Shown here: positions 36,197 through 46,334 of the stretch, piece after piece
Layout of the letters: every line of letters begins with the position of its first letter
How positions within the stretch are numbered: position 1 is the stretch's first letter
DNA from: an uncultured Bacteroidales bacterium
Lineage (GTDB): Bacteria; Bacteroidota; Bacteroidia; Bacteroidales; UBA932
NCBI GenBank assembly: GCA_944322605.1
Contig: CALUPD010000040.1
Coordinates: 9,833 to 73,832 of the forward strand
Length of the DNA: 64,000 nt
Direction of reading: 5' to 3'
Translations under genes and position numbers: made by a program
The notes under the pieces: model-generated
What the model was told of the DNA's origin: nothing
Seen by the model: the letters and a program-made list of their open reading frames with translations, nothing else
Database searches by the model: none

Positions 36197-37150
36197 CTAC
36201 GAAATTCCCGCCTTCTGGTCGGCTTTCCTTTTCCTGTAAAGCTGCCAGCTGTTGATTATGTTCTGCCACAGGACATACGCCCCGGGGCCTACAGACGACA
36301 GGGGATTCAGATAAGTATATGCCATCCAAATCGCAAGAATCGTATTCTTCTGTCCGAGAGCCTGCCCCGCGCTGATCGTATCATCGAATTTTCGGCCTAT
36401 GCCCCTGCCTACCGCGAACTGAAGCACGCAAACCGCCAAGGCCGACAATGCTATCATGACTTCGTTGGAAACGCTGTCGGTGCTGTTGACCAGCGATTTT
36501 ACAGTCTGTCCTGTAACTATGGCCAGAGACAGGGCCCAAAGATAAAACGCCATGCCGGAACATTTCATCAGCAGAGAATGCACCTTCGGCAACATATACC
36601 TCAGGATTACCGCCGTCAGGAACGGGCATATGAGCAAAACGAAAACTTTCTTCAATATTATAAGGAATGCCCCGAGGAATTCTATTTCCTCGTGCGGCTC
36701 GATGATAGGGAACATTATCGGAACATATACGGCAGCCACGAGGTTAGACATCAATGTGTATGTGGTAAGATGAGGAACGCTTCCACCGAGCTTTCCGGTA
36801 ATGACCGCAGCAGCCGTGGCCGTAGGGCATATTATGCACACCATCGCGGACTGCGCCATCGGCTCGCTCAGAGGCAGGAGCACGAAATACGCCGCAATGC
36901 TCGCAACAATTTGGAATAGTATCAGCCACAAATGCCATTTGCCGACTTTCAGATCCTTCGGCGAGACCTTGCAGAAAGTGAGCAGCAGCATCACGAATAT
37001 CAATGTAGGAGTGAGGATATCTATTATCCCGTACATGGCAGGCTTCACAGGATCGAAGAAAGGGACGGCAGCGAACAGAAAATACACGCAAGTCCCGCAC
37101 ATCATCGCTATCGGCAAAGTCCAATTCCTTAATATCTCAAGCACTTTCAT
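36197..37150 (-). CDS. bile acid:sodium symporter (BASS/SBF)-like transporter
   Basis: About 10 TM helices and a CPTATAAAVITGKLGG motif resembling the BASS signature. Confidence 0.5.
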   Translation of the reverse strand: MKVLEILRNWTLPIAMMCGTCVYFLFAAVPFFDPVKPAMYGIIDILTPTLIFVMLLLTFCKVSPKDLKVGKWHLWLILFQIVASIAAYFVLLPLSEPMAQSAMVCIICPTATAAAVITGKLGGSVPHLTTYTLMSNLVAAVYVPIMFPIIEPHEEIEFLGAFLIILKKVFVLLICPFLTAVILRYMLPKVHSLLMKCSGMAFYLWALSLAIVTGQTVKSLVNSTDSVSNEVMIALSALAVCVLQFAVGRGIGRKFDDTISAGQALGQKNTILAIWMAYTYLNPLSSVGPGAYVLWQNIINSWQLYRKRKADQKAGIS

Positions 37151-37216
37151 GACCGTATCGTTAAAATTTCGGCAAATGTATTGAGAATTATTTATTTTTG
37201 CATAAAAGAACAGACT

Positions 37217-40054
37217 ATGTATTCCGGAAAAAAAACCGCGCGGCTTTCAGCGCATAAAAAAATCAGAACATACGGCATTGCCGCAAAATCAGGCAAAATG
37301 CTGCCAGTCTTGGTCCTGCTTCTGATACTCGTCAGCCATGCAGGGACGGCCAGCGCACAAACTCCGCCCGCCCTTCCAGAAGACCCGAGGATGTTCCACG
37401 GCACTCTTCCGAACGGGCTTGCCTATTACGTTACAAAATTCAAGCACCCGCTGCCGGAAGACACTCTCGTCAATTTCTACCTCATACAAAAGACGGGATT
37501 CCTTGCAGAGAAAGAGGACGAAACCGGATTTTCCGAAATAATAGCGGACCTCGCCCTGAAAGGCACGAGGAATTTCCCCGACAATTCAATGAAGGAATTC
37601 CTTGAAACGCAAGGGGCAATATCCGACGCGTCAGGAGCGAAGGTAATGCCCGACCATACGCTTTTCAAAATAAAGGGCATCCCCGCATCTTCAGAATCAC
37701 TGATAGACACCGCGCTGCTTGTGCTTTACGACTGGTCGTGCTTCATAAACATAGACGACCAGGACATGGAGTCATCAATCGCCGGCCCGGAAGACATAGC
37801 CAAAATCGCGATAAGGGATAAGATTATCGATGAGAACGAATACATAGGCCTGATAGACAGCGTTTCTGCGGCAGGAATAACAGATACGGCATATCCTCGG
37901 CAGATAAGGTCGAAAGCCCTGCGCAATTTCTACTACAAATGGTACCGTCCCGACATGCAGGCCATAATAATCACGGGAAACGTGGACTCGGCATCCATAG
38001 AATCGAAGATAAAATCCCTTTTCTCGTCAATTCCCAAATCCAGATATTCGAAAATTCCCCTTTACGTGGAAAACATCGGCGAAGACAGTACAGAAGCCTT
38101 TATTATCCGGGACAACGGAATCCGCAGGGCGAGCCTGTGCATGACATTCATCGACCGTGAAATGGACATGGAACTGATGAATACTTCAGCCTCGTACATA
38201 GACGAATGCCTTAGGACGATAACCGGGACAAGCCTTGCATACAGGATAATGGAAATGGCGGCCTTGGCGGGCATACCGCTAAGGAACGCGGAATTTTCGA
38301 CAAAGAACCTCCCAAGTGAAAACATGGCCTCGATCATGTCGATAGAAGCGGAAATACATCCCGCCCATGTCGCCGAAACGGCAAGCCTGTTCGCCGAAGA
38401 AACGGAAAGGATACGCAAGTTCGGGCTTACCAAAGAGGAAATAAAAATGGGCAAGGCGGCATATATGGAAAAGCTGAAACGGGAATATTCCGACAGGAAG
38501 AAACCTGAAGGGATCGACTTTTTCAAAATGTTCTCGGACAATTTCCTATACGGGAAAAACCTCTCAAGCATAGAGCTGAAATACACTATGACCGGCGAGA
38601 TTCTCGCGGAAATTCCGGACAGCGCAGTCAATGCCTATGCGAAATCCCTGTTCGACACAGGATGCTGCGACATAATCCTGAAACTGCCCGGGGAGACAGG
38701 GGCCGGAATAACCGCTCAAGAGATTGAAGAAAGTTTCAAAGAAGGAGCAGGCAGGGCATCCGTATCATATTTGGACAAGCCGATATCTCCTCTTTTCACG
38801 AATCCTCCCGTCCCTTCCAAACAGGACAAGGCGATCGTCCATGATTCGACCGACACTGCAAACGGGGCGAAAATATGGAGACTGTCCAACAATGCGACAG
38901 TCGTATTCTTAAAGAACAGGCTGAGTGACAGCACTGCATTCTTCAGCGCATTCAAACCTGGAGGAAAATCCGACTGGAAAGGGAACAGCGCGGGATACCG
39001 CGTTCTATGCTGCGGCATTTCCGACATGGGCGGATTATCCAACCTCAACAGCCTCGATCTTGAAAGATACATGGAATCCAAGGGTTTATGCATCAAAACC
39101 GGCATCACGCCCGATTCTTATGAAATCAGAGGATATTTCCCTGTTTCCTCGTTGGACGAATTCATGAAACTGCTCAACATGAATTTCACCGACAGAAGGA
39201 TAGACGAAGATGCCTTTTCCTGCTTCGTGAAATTTTTAGAGGCCGAAGCGATGCAATCCTCCGCCGATTCCGTGGCTGCAACCATGCCTGCGGCAGGGTA
39301 TCCTTATCTGACCGAAGAAGAAATCAGGACCCTGGACTATACTGAAATTTCGGAATTCATAGAAAAAGGATTCGGAAACGCCTCCGGATTCACATTCATA
39401 TTCACGGGAAATATCAATGAAAGCGCGTTGCGCCAATCAGCAGCAAAATACATAGCGTCCATTCCGGCCGGAAACGACCTTGACGGCGCAGGCAGCCAAA
39501 ACCGTATTAGCGGCAGCAATGGAGTCCCATGCAAAATAATTCAGGCCATTCCTGAAAAAGCCTGCGGCATTGCCGGGACGGACATGCCAATAAACGAAAT
39601 CACCGAATACATCATCGCTGAAATGGAGCCGACCCGGGAAAACAGGATGCTTGCCGAAATGACCGTGCTCTTCATCGAAGACCTGCTTGAAAGAAGCGAA
39701 ATGTCATTCGACATAATCAGGAATCCTGAAAACATGTTCCTGTTCACAATTAAATTCCATGCCGGCAAAAACGGAATAACCGCAGTAGAGGAACTCATAA
39801 AGGAACGTGCCGCAAGCCTCGGAAAGGATGACGACGGCATTTTCAACGCCATTTCCAAATACCTGAGGCACCGATACGACAGAATCCTTAGAAAGAATTC
39901 GCATATGGCCGACATGCTGCATGAAAAATACATGCACGGAGAATACCCTCAAGCCGGACCTTATGAAACCCTCGAAAGCATAAGCCCGGAAATGCTCAGG
40001 GACTTCATACTCGAAATCCTCGACAGCGGAAACAAAACCGCAATAGCCGGATAA
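37217..40054 (+). CDS. M16 (pitrilysin/insulinase)-like protein, zinc motif degenerate
   Basis: Two-lobed ~950-aa architecture with a signal peptide. The position of HxxEH...KGT reads GFSEIIADLALKGT, so the zinc ligands are missing. Start moved to the ATG at 37217. Confidence 0.6.
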   Translation: MYSGKKTARLSAHKKIRTYGIAAKSGKMLPVLVLLLILVSHAGTASAQTPPALPEDPRMFHGTLPNGLAYYVTKFKHPLPEDTLVNFYLIQKTGFLAEKEDETGFSEIIADLALKGTRNFPDNSMKEFLETQGAISDASGAKVMPDHTLFKIKGIPASSESLIDTALLVLYDWSCFINIDDQDMESSIAGPEDIAKIAIRDKIIDENEYIGLIDSVSAAGITDTAYPRQIRSKALRNFYYKWYRPDMQAIIITGNVDSASIESKIKSLFSSIPKSRYSKIPLYVENIGEDSTEAFIIRDNGIRRASLCMTFIDREMDMELMNTSASYIDECLRTITGTSLAYRIMEMAALAGIPLRNAEFSTKNLPSENMASIMSIEAEIHPAHVAETASLFAEETERIRKFGLTKEEIKMGKAAYMEKLKREYSDRKKPEGIDFFKMFSDNFLYGKNLSSIELKYTMTGEILAEIPDSAVNAYAKSLFDTGCCDIILKLPGETGAGITAQEIEESFKEGAGRASVSYLDKPISPLFTNPPVPSKQDKAIVHDSTDTANGAKIWRLSNNATVVFLKNRLSDSTAFFSAFKPGGKSDWKGNSAGYRVLCCGISDMGGLSNLNSLDLERYMESKGLCIKTGITPDSYEIRGYFPVSSLDEFMKLLNMNFTDRRIDEDAFSCFVKFLEAEAMQSSADSVAATMPAAGYPYLTEEEIRTLDYTEISEFIEKGFGNASGFTFIFTGNINESALRQSAAKYIASIPAGNDLDGAGSQNRISGSNGVPCKIIQAIPEKACGIAGTDMPINEITEYIIAEMEPTRENRMLAEMTVLFIEDLLERSEMSFDIIRNPENMFLFTIKFHAGKNGITAVEELIKERAASLGKDDDGIFNAISKYLRHRYDRILRKNSHMADMLHEKYMHGEYPQAGPYETLESISPEMLRDFILEILDSGNKTAIAG

Positions 40055-40283
40055 GCGCATAGAATACTCCGGCAAGCCCTCGCGGGCAAGCATGCCGCTG
40101 CCGGTACGGATATTTTCGAATCCGGCTCAAGCTGCATTGCGCCTGCCCCGGAAGCCATAGCGAGAGCCGACACGCTGCGGCCCTTCCATATTCGCGAGCA
40201 TTGGACTCCTCTTTCCGGCCACCCCCGCAAATACGGGCAAACATCATTAAAACCTCGACACCAAGCACATTATTTAAGGACAC

Positions 40284-40886
40284 ATGACATACAAAACAGA
40301 TTATCCATCAATTATCCAGATAGGAGACTGCCTGCTGTCTTCGGAAATATTCACGGAAAAATTCTGCTGCGATTATGAAAAATGCAAAGGGGCATGCTGC
40401 ATAATAGGAGACAGCGGCGCACCGCTTGAAAAAGAAGAAGCCGCAATGCTCGAAAGGGAATACCCGTCATTCAGCCCGTACATGAGCGGCGCGGGAAAGA
40501 ACCAAATAAGATGTTCAGGATATTGCACGATAGATTCCGACGGAGATCTCGTGACTCCGCTTGTAAACGGAGAAGAATGCGCCTACGCGATGTTTGAGGG
40601 AGATCACTGTTTCTGCGCGATAGAACGGGCTTGGATCAACGGCAAAACCCCGTTCAGAAAGCCCGCTTCATGCCGGCTTTATCCTATAAGAATATCCAAG
40701 CTGTCCAACGGGCTGACAGCATTCAACCTGCACAGATGGGAACTTTGCAGGGACGCCTTCATAAAAGGCAGGAAAGAAGGCATTCCGGTCTACAGATTCC
40801 TTAAAGAGCCGCTGACGGCCGTCTACGGAGAAGAGTTCTACCGCGAAATAGAAGCGGCGGCCGGCATATTTGCCGGAAAGGAATGA
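40284..40886 (+). CDS. Cys-rich DUF3109-like protein
   Basis: CCDYEKCKGACC cluster near the N-terminus and further conserved Cys residues, as in Bacteroidetes DUF3109 proteins. Confidence 0.5.
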   Translation: MTYKTDYPSIIQIGDCLLSSEIFTEKFCCDYEKCKGACCIIGDSGAPLEKEEAAMLEREYPSFSPYMSGAGKNQIRCSGYCTIDSDGDLVTPLVNGEECAYAMFEGDHCFCAIERAWINGKTPFRKPASCRLYPIRISKLSNGLTAFNLHRWELCRDAFIKGRKEGIPVYRFLKEPLTAVYGEEFYREIEAAAGIFAGKE

Positions 40887-40961
40887 CAATAAGGACATCA
40901 TTGCCCCGGCTTTTGGCGCGGACAATCTTCACAAGAGTCATTCAGGGCCGCCTTCCAAGGC

Positions 40962-41174
40962 TTACTCGGAAGGAACTTCGCCGAGCACTTTCAACGCCTC
41001 TTCATAGAATTTGTCATCGACAACCAGCCTTATGGCCAGCAAATCGGTATTGAACACCCCTGCCGTAAGGTTGACATGGTCGTCGAGCACGGAAGCGAAT
41101 ATGCCCCTGCTCTCCAGCAAAGCCCTGTCGAGTTCGGCCTTGAACTGGTTGGTATATGTTTTTACTACTTTCAT
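40962..41174 (-). CDS. DUF2007-like small protein
   Basis: 70 aa: MKVVKTYTNQFKAELDRALLESRGIFASV... matches the DUF2007 pattern. Confidence 0.5.
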   Translation of the reverse strand: MKVVKTYTNQFKAELDRALLESRGIFASVLDDHVNLTAGVFNTDLLAIRLVVDDKFYEEALKVLGEVPSE

Positions 41175-41244
41175 GGCTATATGGTTTTATCGTAATAATT
41201 CCGCATTTATCCGCCGCTGCCGAAGGCAATCGCGCGATTTCCCG

Positions 41245-41727
41245 CTACTCGGTTTTTTCCTTGTCCTTGCCTAACCTGAATTCTATGCTTCTGGCAAAAC
41301 GGCTTACGTCTTTCCGGAGGCCTTCCATCGTCGTCGAGCCGTTTGAGCCTGTCTGCCTGTAAAAATATATCTTGCTCGATCCCATCTTTATTATCCTTGT
41401 AAAAACGGACCTGTGCCTGAAAACAGCGCACGTTTCATCCTCGGAAACAAGCTCATATCCGTATTCGGCCATTATGTCCCTTATCTTGTCCGCATTGCCG
41501 TCATATCCGCCGTCTATGAACATTTCCACCTTGTTATAACCGAAAATAGGATAAATCGCGGCAAAAACGACAAAGTAGGCAAGTATCTGCCACAACGCGC
41601 CTTCTTCGAACATGTCGGTGTACGACATGGCCGGAACCACGCGCCCGTAATACAGGACCAATGTCAATATTATGAAAAACACGCAAAAATACACAAAGGC
41701 CTTCAACGCCCTTAAAAAATACTTCAT
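41245..41727 (-). CDS. hypothetical membrane protein
   Basis: Two clear N-terminal TM helices and good coding appearance. Confidence 0.5.
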   Translation of the reverse strand: MKYFLRALKAFVYFCVFFIILTLVLYYGRVVPAMSYTDMFEEGALWQILAYFVVFAAIYPIFGYNKVEMFIDGGYDGNADKIRDIMAEYGYELVSEDETCAVFRHRSVFTRIIKMGSSKIYFYRQTGSNGSTTMEGLRKDVSRFARSIEFRLGKDKEKTE

Positions 41728-41741
41728 ATGCCTATATTTAA

Positions 41742-42731
41742 TTAATTTTCACCTATATGCGGGCGCATGGAATGCTTTTTCCATGCCATTGCGGCAGCAC
41801 CGAGCACGGCAGCCCTGCCGGCATCCACGGACGAGAGTTCCAGAATCACATTGTCTTTCCACAAAGGGCCTGCGCTGCTTCTGAAAGCCTCGCGCAACGG
41901 AGACATCAGCAAATCGCCGGAGGCCGTCGGGCCTCCGAAAAAAAATACGGCCTGCGGATCGGCGAACGCCACCGCGTCAGCCACCGCCTCGCCCAATATC
42001 CTGCCTGTAATCCTGAACGTCTCCAATGCAAGCCTGTCGCCCCTTGAAGCGGCAGACGCTATGTCGGAAGCATCGATGGCATTGAACGGCAAGTTCCTGA
42101 ATTCCGAATCCTCGTGTGTTTCGGCCATAAGAGCCGACAGGGTACGTACCATTCCCTTTGCGGAAACATACGCTTCAAGGCATCCTTTCCTGCCGCAGCC
42201 GCATTGCCGTCCGCCATGCCTTTCATATGCCATATGGCCGAACTCCCCGGCCATTCCCCTTTCACCGTGCACTATCTCGCCTCCGGCCACTATTCCGCAG
42301 CCGACTCCTGTCCCGAGCGTTATCATCAGGAAATTCTTCATGCCGCATGCGCCTCCGAACATCATTTCCCCGAGAGCGGCGGCATTGGCGTCATTGTCCG
42401 CGCATACGGGAATTCCTCCGAGATATTCCGACAACAGGCCGGACAACGGAAGCCTCCCTTTCCACGGAAGGTTAGGAGCGGAAACTATCTCGCCTGCGGC
42501 AAAATCCACGCTAGGAGCCCCGGCCCCGGCCGCCACAAGAGAATGCACCGACCCGAGACTTTCCGACAGTTCCTTTATCCTAAGAGCCAGGACAGATGCA
42601 TACTCGTCGAAACTGCCGAACCCGCAGGTCGGCATGGTCCCGTCCGCCAGCACGTTCCCTTCGGAATCCGCCAGCACGTAAGAGGTAGTCGTTCCTCCAA
42701 TGTCTATTCCAGCAACCAATTTCCTCATCAT
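41742..42731 (-). CDS. ROK family sugar kinase (glucokinase-like)
   Basis: GIDIGGTT, ADNDANAAALGE, and the ROK Cys motif CGCGRKGCLE. Confidence 0.85.
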   Translation of the reverse strand: MMRKLVAGIDIGGTTTSYVLADSEGNVLADGTMPTCGFGSFDEYASVLALRIKELSESLGSVHSLVAAGAGAPSVDFAAGEIVSAPNLPWKGRLPLSGLLSEYLGGIPVCADNDANAAALGEMMFGGACGMKNFLMITLGTGVGCGIVAGGEIVHGERGMAGEFGHMAYERHGGRQCGCGRKGCLEAYVSAKGMVRTLSALMAETHEDSEFRNLPFNAIDASDIASAASRGDRLALETFRITGRILGEAVADAVAFADPQAVFFFGGPTASGDLLMSPLREAFRSSAGPLWKDNVILELSSVDAGRAAVLGAAAMAWKKHSMRPHIGEN

Positions 42732-42835
42732 TGTCTTGCAAACTTAAAAAAAATCGCCCATTCGGCAAAACTTGCAATCCATGCACGGAATACTGCGTAA
42801 TACGTAATTGCATATGCGGATTCAATGATTTTTCA

Positions 42836-42843
42836 TATTTTTG
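42836..42843 (+). promoter_or_regulatory. -7 box TATTTTTG upstream of the ORF at 42932
   Basis: TAnnTTTG match in the 200-bp intergenic region. Confidence 0.35.
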
Positions 42844-42931
42844 CAAAAGCGGCACGCGAAACGGGGATTTTCTCCAAACGCGTCCCGCCGGAAGCTTAGG
42901 ATATTTACAAACTTAAAAACATAACGCATTT

Positions 42932-43792
42932 ATGGAAAAGAAGCTTAAGAACATAATCATCACGCTATCCGTGATAGCGGCGGCATTGCTTTGCGTTCTT
43001 GCCTACGTATGGTTCGACAGGCAAGGGATGATAAAAGACCTTAATATAGAAAAGGAAGACCTGACGGCACAGATGATACAGCTCCAGGAAGACTATGCAA
43101 TGCTGTCCTCGAACAACGACACCCTCAACCACCAGCTCGACATAGAGAGGGAAAAGGTCCAGCAGCTCATAGACAGGGTTGAAAAGACAGAAGCGACGAA
43201 CCGCGCCCAAATCCGCAAATACGAAAAGGAACTCGGGACTCTGCGAAGCATCATGCGCAATTACATAGTACAGATAGATTCTCTCAACACCCTCAACATG
43301 AGCCTGCGCAAAGATGCTGAAGAAGCCCGCAAGGCGGCCAGCGAATCAATGGCCAAATACGAAGACCTGAAGACCACGACGGAAGAATACGCCAAACAGG
43401 TCAAGATAGGCTCGGTGCTCAAAGGCAGGGAACTCAGCCTTACAGCCATAACGGCCAAAAACAAGGAAACCGAAAGAAGCAGCCGCGTAGACAAGCTGAA
43501 AGCCTGCATAACCCTTGTCGAAAATGATCTTGCAGCCAAAGGAGCCACCGTCATATATATCCGCGTAAAAGACCCTGAAGGAATATTGATGACCGAAGAC
43601 AGCCAGCAGATATTCAACATGAACGGAGAACAGATGATCTATTCGGCTTCGAGGGAAATCGACTACCAGGGCAGCGAAGTCGAAGCCTGCATATATTTCG
43701 ACAGCCCTCAAAAATTCGTAAAGGGGGTCTACACGGTAGAAGCATATACTGAAAACGGCCAGCTCGGCACCGCAGACCTGCTGCTGAGATAA
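42932..43792 (+). CDS. membrane-anchored coiled-coil protein, hypothetical
   Basis: N-terminal TM helix, long heptad-rich region, C-terminal beta-rich domain. Confidence 0.5.
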   Translation: MEKKLKNIIITLSVIAAALLCVLAYVWFDRQGMIKDLNIEKEDLTAQMIQLQEDYAMLSSNNDTLNHQLDIEREKVQQLIDRVEKTEATNRAQIRKYEKELGTLRSIMRNYIVQIDSLNTLNMSLRKDAEEARKAASESMAKYEDLKTTTEEYAKQVKIGSVLKGRELSLTAITAKNKETERSSRVDKLKACITLVENDLAAKGATVIYIRVKDPEGILMTEDSQQIFNMNGEQMIYSASREIDYQGSEVEACIYFDSPQKFVKGVYTVEAYTENGQLGTADLLLR

Positions 43793-43840
43793 AAACAGCC
43801 GCATATTCGCATCTATACATTGCAAATCAAGACATTTCAA

Positions 43841-43886
43841 AGTCACGCTGCCGTCCGGCAAAAGGAAAGCAGCGTGACTTGTTTTC
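43841..43886 (+). terminator. rho-independent terminator
   Basis: 11-bp stem AGTCACGCTGC/GCAGCGTGACT followed by TGTTTTC. Confidence 0.65.
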
Positions 43887-43942
43887 AATAAAATCCCGCA
43901 AGGGGCATGAATGACTGAAAATCACATAATAAACCGAGAATA

Positions 43943-45211
43943 ATGTCCGGCATATACATACATATCCCGTTTTGCCCGCAAAAATGCATCTACTGCGATT
44001 TCTATTCCGTGCGCATGTCCGAAAGCCTCGCCGGAGAATATTTCGCCGCCCTCGGAAAAGAAGCCGAGTTCAGGATGGCCGGGTATTTCCCGTCAAATGA
44101 ACATGCAGGACTGCCCGGCGCGGCATGCTCCGGCACGAATGATTCCAAGGCCACCGATAATGAAGGATATCCGCAGACCATTTACTTCGGGGGAGGGACG
44201 CCGTCATGCATCGGCATAGGGCACTATGAACGCTTTCTCGGAAAACTCAAGAAGATAACATGCCTCGACCATGTCAAGGAGTTCACATTCGAAGCGAATC
44301 CGGACGACATCACTGAAGACTATGCCAAAGGGCTCAGGAAAATAGGAGCGGGAAGGATCAGCATGGGCGTACAGTCCTTCATAGACCATGACCTGAAATG
44401 GATGAACAGGAGGCATTCCAGCGAACAGGCCTGCTCCGCCTACCGCATATTGAGAAAGGCCGGATTCGCGAACATAAGCCTCGACCTGATTTTCGGATAT
44501 TCCGGCCTTAGCATGGAAAAATGGAAATACGACCTTGAAATGCTCGTCCGTCTCGGGCCTGAACATGTCTCGGCATACCAGATGAGCACCGAACCGGGAA
44601 GCATGCTTGCTTCGCTTATAAGAAAAGGCAGGTACGCGGAACTTGCAGATGAAGAATGCGAACGCCAATACGCATACATGCAGGAATTCCTAAAGGAAGC
44701 CGGATATGTCCAATATGAAATATCCAATTTCGCGAAACCAGGATATGAAGCCGTCCATAATTCGTCTTACTGGAATTCCGAAAAATATCTCGGATTAGGT
44801 CCGGGAGCGCATTCTTATGACGGGAAATCGGTACGGGAATGGAACACTCCCGACATCGGATTTTATATCGGTTCCCTGCTCGACGGGAAAAGCTGCATGG
44901 CAGAAAACGATCATGGCATCGCTCACGGGAGAAGACCATGCGCGGAGGCAAAGGCATTCCGGACAGAACGCGAAATCCTGAGCGAAAAAGACATGTTCAA
45001 CGAACACATCATGGTAGGGCTGAGAAAATCCTCAGGCATACGGATAAAGGACCTTCAATCCGCGTTCCCGGCCTTTTTTCCGCGCTTTGAGAACACGGCG
45101 GCAAGGCTTGCCGGAAAAGGGGACATAGTTGAAGAAAACGGAACGATACGCATTCCCCATAGCAAATTCTTTATCTCCGACTCCATAATCGCCGAACTGT
45201 TCGCGGATTGA
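43943..45211 (+). CDS. hemW: radical SAM heme chaperone HemW (HemN-like)
   Basis: IYIHIPFCPQKCIYCDF radical-SAM CxxxCxxC motif, and GGGTPS. Confidence 0.85.
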   Translation: MSGIYIHIPFCPQKCIYCDFYSVRMSESLAGEYFAALGKEAEFRMAGYFPSNEHAGLPGAACSGTNDSKATDNEGYPQTIYFGGGTPSCIGIGHYERFLGKLKKITCLDHVKEFTFEANPDDITEDYAKGLRKIGAGRISMGVQSFIDHDLKWMNRRHSSEQACSAYRILRKAGFANISLDLIFGYSGLSMEKWKYDLEMLVRLGPEHVSAYQMSTEPGSMLASLIRKGRYAELADEECERQYAYMQEFLKEAGYVQYEISNFAKPGYEAVHNSSYWNSEKYLGLGPGAHSYDGKSVREWNTPDIGFYIGSLLDGKSCMAENDHGIAHGRRPCAEAKAFRTEREILSEKDMFNEHIMVGLRKSSGIRIKDLQSAFPAFFPRFENTAARLAGKGDIVEENGTIRIPHSKFFISDSIIAELFAD

Positions 45212-45331
45212 CATTCCAATGAAACGCCGCATACGCGCCGGTGCTGCAAAACGGACATCCCGGCAAAATGCTTCATGGCTATCCGCAAATGCTGCCGCTA
45301 TTCTAACAAATGCCGCTATCCTAAAAAATAC

Positions 45332-45366
45332 GCCTTGCCGCTTTATACGCTGCAAGGCACTTTTTC
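45332..45366 (+). terminator. rho-independent terminator between convergent hemW and lgt
   Basis: Stem GCCTTGC/GCAAGGC followed by ACTTTTT. Confidence 0.5.
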
Positions 45367-45396
45367 CGGACACCGCTCCGACATGGCGGAACGCCG

Positions 45397-46284
45397 TTAT
45401 TTTTTCTTAGGATGCTTATTGCTATCGGCAGTGCGGTAATCGTAAACAGGCTTCTTTTCTATAACATCCGGCTTTCCCCGCTTGAAAGAATATACGATAA
45501 GGCATATTCCTGCCATAATGCACGGTATGCTCAATATCTGCCCGATATTTATCGTCATTCCTATCTCGGCGTCGACTTGCGGGGCCTTGATGAACTCGAT
45601 AAGAAACCGCGCGACAAAAACCGTTATGAAAAACAGCCCGAAAAGAAAACCCTGCCTGAGCCTTCCAAGGTACTTCTTATAAAGGAAGAACAGCAGGAAG
45701 AATATTCCAAGATATGTAAGCGATTCATATATCTGCGCCGGATGGCATGGAACACCGTATAGTTTCTGCCATTCATACGACCTTATGAATTCGAAGCCCC
45801 ACGGAAGGTCTGTAGGAGCGCCTATGATTTCAGAGTTCATAAGATTGCCGAGCCTTATGAAGCTTCCGCACAAGGCCACGGCTATCACCATCCTGTCCAA
45901 AAGCCACATATACCCGAACCCGTTCGGCTTGCCGTACTTATGGACGAACCACCAGAGCCCGAGCAGAATGCCTATGGCCCCGCCGTGGCTCGACAGGCCG
46001 CCTTCCCATATCTTCAATATTTCCACAGGATTGGCAAGATAATAATCCGGCTGGTAAAAGAACACATGCCCGAGCCTCGCCCCTATGGCTACGGAAAAGA
46101 CCATGGTAAGCAAAAGCGGATCTATCAGTTTCAGCGGCAGGCCTTCCCTTTTGAAAAACCACATAAACAGCCTCACGCCGAAATAAAAGCCTATGATCCA
46201 CATCAGCGAATACCACCTTATGGAAACAGGGCCTATGGAAAATATCTCGGGATCGACATTCCATACTATCGATAAAAAACTCAT
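45397..46284 (-). CDS. lgt: prolipoprotein diacylglyceryl transferase
   Basis: Multi-TM protein with the WEGGLSSHGGAIG signature. Confidence 0.9.
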   Translation of the reverse strand: MSFLSIVWNVDPEIFSIGPVSIRWYSLMWIIGFYFGVRLFMWFFKREGLPLKLIDPLLLTMVFSVAIGARLGHVFFYQPDYYLANPVEILKIWEGGLSSHGGAIGILLGLWWFVHKYGKPNGFGYMWLLDRMVIAVALCGSFIRLGNLMNSEIIGAPTDLPWGFEFIRSYEWQKLYGVPCHPAQIYESLTYLGIFFLLFFLYKKYLGRLRQGFLFGLFFITVFVARFLIEFIKAPQVDAEIGMTINIGQILSIPCIMAGICLIVYSFKRGKPDVIEKKPVYDYRTADSNKHPKKK

Positions 46285-46334
46285 ATTCTTTCAATTTTCT
46301 GCAAACATAACAAATAAAACGCAACGGATGGCAG

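Noticed and set aside
36071-36919. 282-aa + strand ORF
   Set aside because: It is antisense to the multi-TM BASS-like transporter and has an Arg/His/Tyr-rich shadow composition.
41767-42800. 304-aa and 228-aa + strand ORFs
   Set aside because: They are antisense within the ROK kinase gene.
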